The notes under the pieces are model-generated. The model was not told where the DNA came from. It searched no databases and saw only the letters and a program-made list of their open reading frames with translations. From Thermodesulfobacteriota bacterium (lineage in GTDB: Bacteria > Desulfobacterota_D > UBA1144 > Nemesobacterales > Mycalebacteriaceae): 64,000 nucleotides of DNA. Position numbers and translations under genes: made by a program. The DNA is taken from positions 288,001 through 352,000 of the forward strand of contig CBDAQI010000001.1 of NCBI GenBank assembly GCA_965198945.1, written 5' to 3'. Positions 57,553 through 64,000 of the stretch are shown piece by piece; the stretch's first letter is position 1; every line of letters starts with the position of its first letter.

Positions 57553-58290
57553 TCAATAATCAACCTTTTCCAAAAACAGCCCCTGCGGCGGGGCGGCTAT
57601 TACATCGCGGGTTTTTTCACCGGTTTTTATTATTTCTCCAAAACCTTCAACACTTAACCTTCCCTTTCCCACGCGCACAATGGTTCCGACAATCAGCCTG
57701 ACCATTCTTTTCAGAAAACCGTCCGCTTCAATTGAGAAAATTATAAAATCACCGCCCGTTTTTATTTCCGCCGAAAACACCGTCCTCACGGTTGTTTTCA
57801 CTTTGGCATCCGCATTTGCAAATACGGCAAAATCGTGTTCTCCCACAATAAAAGGGCACACCGCGCTCATTGAATACTTGTCCAGTTTGTCGGGTATAAA
57901 CCAGCAGGTTCTTCTTTCCAAAGCGGGCGGGGAAGGGCGGTTAAGTATTCTATAAAAATATGTTTTTTTCTTTGAAGAAACACGCGAATGAAAATCTTCC
58001 GGAACTTCCCCGGCGGATATTACCGTTATGTCCCGCGGCAGTTCGGAGTTCAGCGCTTTGCGGAGTTTGTCAGTTTTCATGGAAGAGGCGGTGAGGAAAT
58101 TGGCAACCTGCCCTATGGCATGAACGCCCGCATCCGTTCTTCCCGAACCGTGAACGGCCGTTTTTTCGCCCGTGATTTTTAGGAGGGAGTTTTCTATTTT
58201 TTCCTGAATCGTGTTTTCCGAGTTTTTCTGTCTCTGCCAACCGCTGTAATTCGCGCCCTCGTATTCAACTGTTATTTTTATGTTTCTCAA
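57553..58290 (-). CDS. truA: tRNA pseudouridine(38-40) synthase
   Basis: YSGWQRQ, GSGRTDAGVHA, FLKRMVR, APPQGLFL. Confidence 0.95.
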   Translation of the reverse strand: MRNIKITVEYEGANYSGWQRQKNSENTIQEKIENSLLKITGEKTAVHGSGRTDAGVHAIGQVANFLTASSMKTDKLRKALNSELPRDITVISAGEVPEDFHSRVSSKKKTYFYRILNRPSPPALERRTCWFIPDKLDKYSMSAVCPFIVGEHDFAVFANADAKVKTTVRTVFSAEIKTGGDFIIFSIEADGFLKRMVRLIVGTIVRVGKGRLSVEGFGEIIKTGEKTRDVIAAPPQGLFLEKVDY

Positions 58291-61211
58291 CCTTTCTTTC
58301 TTATGTAAAAGGTGCGGACGCTTTTGAGGTTTTTCAGGTCTTTTGCGGTTATTGTCAGCTTATTCATGCCGTCTTCAAGTGGAAGATTAAATGTGAAACT
58401 CTGCTTTTTCCCCTCGGAATTAATTACATGTATTTTGTCGTTGTTATTGAAAAATGAGATGTTCACAATCGGCTCCGCATCCTCAACCGAACCGCTTATT
58501 TCTATTTCTTCACTGTCGGTCAGCACAACGGGTGAATCAAGTTTTATTACCGGCGCGCTTACAAGCGCATATTGAAAATCAGGACTCGCTTTGCCTCTTT
58601 GCGGAGAGGTTTTGTCTGTCTCCACCCACCCGCTTTTGTTTTTGGCGAGTCTCACCTTTGACCACTCGCCCGCTTTGCCCAGAAGCCTGTATGAAGACCC
58701 CGCCCGTCCGACTGATATTTCCTGTGCGTCTTCAAAACCGCCTCCCAGAAAGGCGGCGTTTGCATTTAGCTCCACGACACCTCTTTCAGAAGAAAACTCC
58801 GCCGGTTCGCGGAACGGAATTTTTATATCGTATTTTGAAGAAAACCCGATTTCAAAATCGTTGGAATTAAGTTCAAATTCCGCTCCTTCCGGGTCTTTGT
58901 CCTCTCCCCAGTCATTTTCCACACGAAATCTCATAACCACATCGCGTGATTCTCCCGACTTGAATTTTCCAATTTCCTCTATGGCTTTTTCAAGAAACAG
59001 TTTTTTGCCGGATTTGTTTCTTAAATAAATTCCAAGATCTTCGGAGTCTCCCTCACCGGTGTTTTTTATCCTGAAAAGAAGCGTTATGGTTTCGTTTTTA
59101 CCAATTCTTCCGTCTCCGTTGCCCTTTGAGCCCAATCTTCCGTCATCAACTATTTCATAGTTATAGCTTATTGACGGACGTTTTTTTCCTTCGGTGCCGA
59201 CCGTAAAGGATTTTGAAAAAACCTCTTTTCCCGAAAAATCAAAAAACCTGACAACGCATTCGTCATTCCTTGTCCGGGCGTTTTTCGGGATTTTCAGACC
59301 GGCTTTCCAACTTGCTTTTTTACCGGGGGCTATTTTCCCGAAAACAAATTCCCTGTTGTCCAGAACGGGATTGTCCGAATCCGTCACCGCCGTGAGTTTG
59401 TAGACAGGTTTTTCTCCGATGTTTTTAACACTGATTTTTATTTCAACCTCTTCGCCGACTTTGAAAACACCCTTGTCAGGAGTGATTCCCACGGTAAGTT
59501 CCGGCTCTCCGCTCCGCACATTTTTATCATTTTCAGACCAGTCTATTTTGAATTGTGCGAGTTTTTCTCTTATGCGCTTATTTTCTTCCTCGTCTATTTC
59601 GCTGAGAACTGAATCGGCATTTTGAAGCAGGTCGCTTCCGTATAGACCGTTTGATCCGAGAATTATTCGCCGTGCCGCCACCACCAGCGGGTCAGTTTCT
59701 TTCTTTTTCCTTTTTTCCGCTTTGCTGAGAGGCGGAGGAATTTCATCTTCCTCTTTTTCGTCTTCCTTTCCTATGAGAGATTCATTCAGAATTTTGAAGG
59801 TGTGTGAAGGCGGCTCCGGTTCACGGGCATCTTTTTCATCTTCTCTTTCTTCCCTGTATTTTTCAAGAAAGAACGCAAATTCAGGGGTTTTGTAAATCAC
59901 CTTGTCTTTGTCAAAATCAACCTCCTCAATAAATATGTCCGGTGTTATTCCAACCTTGTGTATGGACACATCTCCGGGAATTAGGTAGTTGGCTATTGTC
60001 AGTTTGAGGGCGGAGCCGTCTCCAAGCTCAAAAATGTCCTGAACAGAGCCCTTGCCGAAAGTGGTTCTTCCCATTGTCAGAGCCCTGTCATTTTCCTTCA
60101 GCGCCCCCGTTACGATTTCAGATGCGCTTGCGGAGCCCGAATTTATTAAAACAACGGTTTTTTCAAACAGTTCAAAACGGTTTTTTGCGGAGGCCGTGTG
60201 GGTTGTGATGTTATCACCGCTTTTTATACTGAAGACCGTTCCGTTTTTCAGGAAAAGGTCGGAGATTTGCGCCGCCTGATTCAGAAGACCTCCCGGGTTG
60301 TCTCTGAAATCAATAATTATTCCGGTGAGTTTATCCTTGTTTTTGTATTTGGACAGGGCTTCAATGATGCTGTCGGTTGTGTTTCTCTGAAAGTTTTTAA
60401 TTTTGATGTAAAGGATGCCGTCCTCGAAAAGATAGTCTTCAACGCTTTCTATTTTTATCACGTCTCTCACTATTGTGAGGGGTTTGGGTTTGCTCATTGA
60501 GTCTCTGAGAATTCTTATGTTTACGGGCTTGCCTTTCGGTCCCCTGAGCCTGTTAACGGCTTCAAGAATTGACATATTGACAGTGGATTCGTTTTCTATC
60601 TGGACGATTTTGTCACCGGCTTTCATCCCGGCTCTGTAGGCGGGAGTGTCTTCAATGGGAGACACGACGGTAATCCAGCCCTTGCGTGTGCTGATAACAA
60701 TTCCGAGCCCCGTAAAACTGCCTTCAGTTTCAACTATGAACTCTTCATAGTCCCGAGGGGGGATTATGCGCGAATGCCTGTCCAGAGTTGACAGCATTCC
60801 GTTCACCATTGTGTATTCTATTTTCTGCTGATTTTTTTCATCCGGGTCAGTGTTCATCCGGACAAAGGAGAGCGCTTCTGTTGATATTTTCTCAAGTTCT
60901 TTCCATGTCTCCGGTTCTTCGTATTGGAAACTTTTTTTATTCTCTCCGACAACCAGTTCAAATGCCCCGTCTTTTTCTCCCCATTTGACAAGTATCTCAT
61001 CTATGTTGGTTTCAAGATTATCCAGCCCCTTTTTGAGCATTTCCGGAAAATCAGCCGCAGATTTGCGAACGAAATTCTCCCTTACAATATCAAAAACCTC
61101 TGCCATAATTTTCGGGGAGTTTTGCTCAGCACCGGCGGTGAAAATGGCGGTGGCGGCGCACAGAATTGCGGTGCAGACCGCAAAAGCGATATGTCTTGTA
61201 AATTTGTTCAA
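58287..61211 (-). CDS. S41 carboxy-terminal processing protease with PDZ domain and long C-terminal extension
   Basis: GLGIVI, DFRDNPGGLL, SASASEIV, TFGKGSVQ. Ig-like C-terminal modules. Confidence 0.88.
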   Translation of the reverse strand: MNKFTRHIAFAVCTAILCAATAIFTAGAEQNSPKIMAEVFDIVRENFVRKSAADFPEMLKKGLDNLETNIDEILVKWGEKDGAFELVVGENKKSFQYEEPETWKELEKISTEALSFVRMNTDPDEKNQQKIEYTMVNGMLSTLDRHSRIIPPRDYEEFIVETEGSFTGLGIVISTRKGWITVVSPIEDTPAYRAGMKAGDKIVQIENESTVNMSILEAVNRLRGPKGKPVNIRILRDSMSKPKPLTIVRDVIKIESVEDYLFEDGILYIKIKNFQRNTTDSIIEALSKYKNKDKLTGIIIDFRDNPGGLLNQAAQISDLFLKNGTVFSIKSGDNITTHTASAKNRFELFEKTVVLINSGSASASEIVTGALKENDRALTMGRTTFGKGSVQDIFELGDGSALKLTIANYLIPGDVSIHKVGITPDIFIEEVDFDKDKVIYKTPEFAFFLEKYREEREDEKDAREPEPPSHTFKILNESLIGKEDEKEEDEIPPPLSKAEKRKKKETDPLVVAARRIILGSNGLYGSDLLQNADSVLSEIDEEENKRIREKLAQFKIDWSENDKNVRSGEPELTVGITPDKGVFKVGEEVEIKISVKNIGEKPVYKLTAVTDSDNPVLDNREFVFGKIAPGKKASWKAGLKIPKNARTRNDECVVRFFDFSGKEVFSKSFTVGTEGKKRPSISYNYEIVDDGRLGSKGNGDGRIGKNETITLLFRIKNTGEGDSEDLGIYLRNKSGKKLFLEKAIEEIGKFKSGESRDVVMRFRVENDWGEDKDPEGAEFELNSNDFEIGFSSKYDIKIPFREPAEFSSERGVVELNANAAFLGGGFEDAQEISVGRAGSSYRLLGKAGEWSKVRLAKNKSGWVETDKTSPQRGKASPDFQYALVSAPVIKLDSPVVLTDSEEIEISGSVEDAEPIVNISFFNNNDKIHVINSEGKKQSFTFNLPLEDGMNKLTITAKDLKNLKSVRTFYIRKKG

Positions 61212-61343
61212 CCTGAACCCTCGTGCGGAAAGCTGTATACTATCACAGACTGATTTTTTTTCAGATTTTTCGGCGACAGTAACGGTGATGAAAATTCTTA
61301 TTGACTGCGCAGACTTGCCCCTGAAGTCCGGAGACAGCCGCCG

Positions 61344-63032
61344 ATGAGGCGCTTAAGAGTGGCGCTTTGTCAGACCAACTCCAGAGTCGGAGACATCAGG
61401 CGCAATGTTTCGGTGATTAAGCGCGGCGCAAAAAAGGCTTTTGCGCGCGGGGCGGACATAGTCTGTTTCCCGGAACTTGCCGTTTGCGGATACCCCCCGG
61501 AAGATCTGCTTCTCAAACCCGGGTTTGTGGACAAAAACATCCGGGGGCTTGAAGAAATAACAAAATCCGCCTTGCCCATTACCGTAATTGCCGGTTTTGT
61601 TGAAAGGCGGGGTTCAATATACAACTCCGCGGCCGTCATATCCGGCGGCCGGATTGCCGGAATACACAGAAAAAACCTGCTTCCAAACTACGGTGTTTTT
61701 GATGAAAACCGCTACTTTGAACCCGGCGGCAAAGCGTCTGTTTTTACATGCGGCGGTCTCGGAATCGGAGTTAACATCTGCGAGGACATCTGGTTTGCCG
61801 ACGGTCCCGCGAGCAGGCAGGCTCGGAGCGGAGCGGATTTGATTATCAATATCTCCGCTTCCCCTTATTCAATGGGCAAACCCGCGGCAAGAGAAAAAAT
61901 GCTGTCCGAAAGGGCAAGAGATGCGGGCACGGCGCTTGCTTTCTGCAATATGACCGGCGGACAGGATGAGCTTGTTTTTGACGGGCACAGCGCTTTTTTT
62001 GACCCTGAAGGGGCCGTGATTTCAAGGGCCCGGGGTTTTCGGGAAGATTTGATTTTTGCCGACTTTGAACTGCCGGCAAGACAGAGTTCGCGGCGGCGCG
62101 GCGAGTATGTAATCAAATCTCCGCCGAAAAAGAAAAAGCCGGAACTCCGTCCGGTGATTGCAGATTTTGCCGACACAAAAGACGAAATATTTTCCGCTCT
62201 TGTTCTCGGCACTCGTGACTATGCGGAGAAAAACGGTTTCAAATCTGTGGTTTTAGGGCTTTCGGGCGGGATAGACTCCGCGCTTGTCGCAGCGGTGGCG
62301 GTTGAGGCGTTTGGTCCAGAAAGAGTGGCTGCTCTCAACATGCCGACGGCCTTCAGCTCCAAATCGGGCATTAGAGACGCTAAAACCATTGCGCGTAATC
62401 TTAACATTGAAATGTGCCCGGTCCCGATACAAAGCATTTTTTCCACTTACAAAAAAGCCGTGCCCGCGCCGTTTGAGCTTCAGGGGGATGAAACATCAAA
62501 CATCGCCCTTGAGAACATTCAGGCGCGTATCAGGGGCAACATACTCATGGCTTTTTCCAATCGTTTCGGCTGTCTTGTTCTTACAACCGGCAACAAAAGC
62601 GAGCTTAGTGTCGGATACTCAACCCTTTACGGAGACACCGCGGGAGGGTTTGCCGTTATAAAAGATGTAAAGAAAACCCTTGTGCGGGAACTTTCTCTGC
62701 ATTACAACAAAATGCGGGGCTTTGAAGCCATTCCCTCGTCCATTGTTGAAAAGCCCCCCTCCGCCGAACTCAGAAAAGACCAGCGCGACTCCGACAGTCT
62801 GCCCCCGTATCAGGTTCTGGACGAAATTCTCAAACACTATGTTGAGCGAGACAAAAGTGTCGCGGAAACCGTCACCCTCTCAGGCGCGCCGGAGAAAACC
62901 GTGCGCAGAATAATTGATTTGGTTGACCGCAACGAATACAAAAGAAGACAGACGCCTCCCGGAGTGAGGTTGACGGACAAGGCTTTTGGTAAAGACCGCC
63001 GCATGCCCATAACGAATTTTTTCCGCAATTAG
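61344..63032 (+). CDS. nadE: glutamine-dependent NAD+ synthetase
   Basis: FPEL, LPNYGVFDE, ICEDIW, LSGGIDS, TGNKSE, PPSAEL. Confidence 0.95.
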   Translation: MRRLRVALCQTNSRVGDIRRNVSVIKRGAKKAFARGADIVCFPELAVCGYPPEDLLLKPGFVDKNIRGLEEITKSALPITVIAGFVERRGSIYNSAAVISGGRIAGIHRKNLLPNYGVFDENRYFEPGGKASVFTCGGLGIGVNICEDIWFADGPASRQARSGADLIINISASPYSMGKPAAREKMLSERARDAGTALAFCNMTGGQDELVFDGHSAFFDPEGAVISRARGFREDLIFADFELPARQSSRRRGEYVIKSPPKKKKPELRPVIADFADTKDEIFSALVLGTRDYAEKNGFKSVVLGLSGGIDSALVAAVAVEAFGPERVAALNMPTAFSSKSGIRDAKTIARNLNIEMCPVPIQSIFSTYKKAVPAPFELQGDETSNIALENIQARIRGNILMAFSNRFGCLVLTTGNKSELSVGYSTLYGDTAGGFAVIKDVKKTLVRELSLHYNKMRGFEAIPSSIVEKPPSAELRKDQRDSDSLPPYQVLDEILKHYVERDKSVAETVTLSGAPEKTVRRIIDLVDRNEYKRRQTPPGVRLTDKAFGKDRRMPITNFFRN

Positions 63033-63151
63033 GACGCCGTTCTTTTTGAAACAAAGGTGTTTTCCCGTTATTCTGTCCGAGCCGACAGAAGACCATTTTT
63101 ACTGTTCCGGCACCGTGTTTTTCGGGTTTTTTCTCTGAAAAAGGTTGTTTT

Positions 63152-64000
63152 ATGAGTTTTTCTCTTGAAAAACAAGGTCTTTATGACCCCGTTTCCGAGC
63201 ATGACTCCTGCGGAGTGGGCTTTGTCGTCAACATGAAAGGCGTAAAGTCTCACTCCATTATTACCGATGCGCTTACGGTTCTTGAAAATCTTGAGCACCG
63301 CGGCGCCTGCGGATGTGAGCCTGAGACCGGAGACGGAGCCGGAATTCTATTCCAGATCCCGCACCGTTTTTTCAGCCGCGTGTGTTCGGAAAAAGGCGCC
63401 GCGCTTCCCCCCGGGGGAGACTACGGTGTCTGCATGATGTTTGCGCCCAAAGATAAAAAAAATCGTTCGCGGATTTTGAAGGAGTTTGAAAAAATTGTTG
63501 AAGAAGAGGGGCACACTGTTCTCTGCGTGCGTCCCGTGCCGACGGACAACTCTTTGCTTGGCACAACTTCAAAGGGCTGCGAGCCGTCCGTGTATCAGAT
63601 TTTCATAGCGCGCGCCTCATGCGCCGCGGGAGCCGATTTTGAGAGGTCGCTTTTTGTGATAAGGAAGCGGGCCGAGAGGCTTATTTCCTCCGAGCAGTTT
63701 TATGTGTCAAGCCTTTCGTCAAAAACCGTTGTTTACAAGGGAATGCTCACAACTTCGCAACTTTCCGCATATTACCCGGATCTTTCCGGCCAAGACATGG
63801 AAAGCGCCATAGCGCTTGTGCATTCGCGTTTCAGCACAAACACGACTCCGAGCTGGAACAGGGCTCATCCATACCGTTTTGTGGTTCATAACGGTGAGAT
63901 AAACACACTGCGGGGCAATATCAACTGGATGCATTCAAGACAGCCCATGCTCGGCCTCTCCGGCAGCCACTTCAGCGGCCGCCCGGAGAAAATTTTCCCC
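63152..64000 (+). CDS. gltB: glutamate synthase large subunit (3' truncated by window edge)
   Basis: Not in the ORF track. ATG 63152 reads MSFSLEKQGLYDPVSEHDSCGVGFV, then LEHRGA, GDGAG, HSRFSTNT, HNGEINTL. Confidence 0.93.
   Translation, partial: MSFSLEKQGLYDPVSEHDSCGVGFVVNMKGVKSHSIITDALTVLENLEHRGACGCEPETGDGAGILFQIPHRFFSRVCSEKGAALPPGGDYGVCMMFAPKDKKNRSRILKEFEKIVEEEGHTVLCVRPVPTDNSLLGTTSKGCEPSVYQIFIARASCAAGADFERSLFVIRKRAERLISSEQFYVSSLSSKTVVYKGMLTTSQLSAYYPDLSGQDMESAIALVHSRFSTNTTPSWNRAHPYRFVVHNGEINTLRGNINWMHSRQPMLGLSGSHFSGRPEKIFP

Noticed and set aside
58287..59520. Novel domain fusion in the 974-aa S41 protease
   Set aside because: Long C-terminally extended S41 proteases are already known in delta-proteobacteria-like lineages, so it is treated as ordinary.

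Overview
A gene-dense bacterial chromosome segment made mostly of housekeeping genes: gdhA, cofG/cofH, tmk-holB, metG, type IV minor pilins, ilvD, coaBC, znuA/zur/znuCB, udg, leuS, thiE/thrC, three tRNAs, thrS-infC-rpmI-rplT, gcvTHP, a SurA-like gene, mfd, leuB, truA, an S41 protease, nadE and the start of gltB. The gene set is loosely delta-proteobacteria/Desulfobacterota-like, possibly Dadabacteria, but that is inference only. Several accessory features sit among these genes. (1) An intact, solitary gene (35279-36319) whose product resembles, by eye, podovirus-type HK97-fold major capsid proteins, with no other phage gene in the window; it is a candidate domesticated capsid, nanocompartment or decoy. 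(2) A heavy-metal operon preceded by a secreted Cys/His-rich leader ORF; an anti-SD arm follows its stop codon directly and can sequester the next gene's ribosome-binding site. This is CutF/CruR-like logic without the Pro-rich tail. (3) A His-rich putative outer-membrane barrel at the end of the zur-znuCB unit. (4) A 1849-aa autotransporter with about 21 hierarchical ~54-aa repeats between holB and metG. (5) A hicBA islet flanked by a duplicated gdhA 3' end. (6) An AT-rich IrrE/DUF2085 islet after rplT. (7) A second autotransporter broken by three reconstructable lesions. All family calls come from motif recognition, not database searches.
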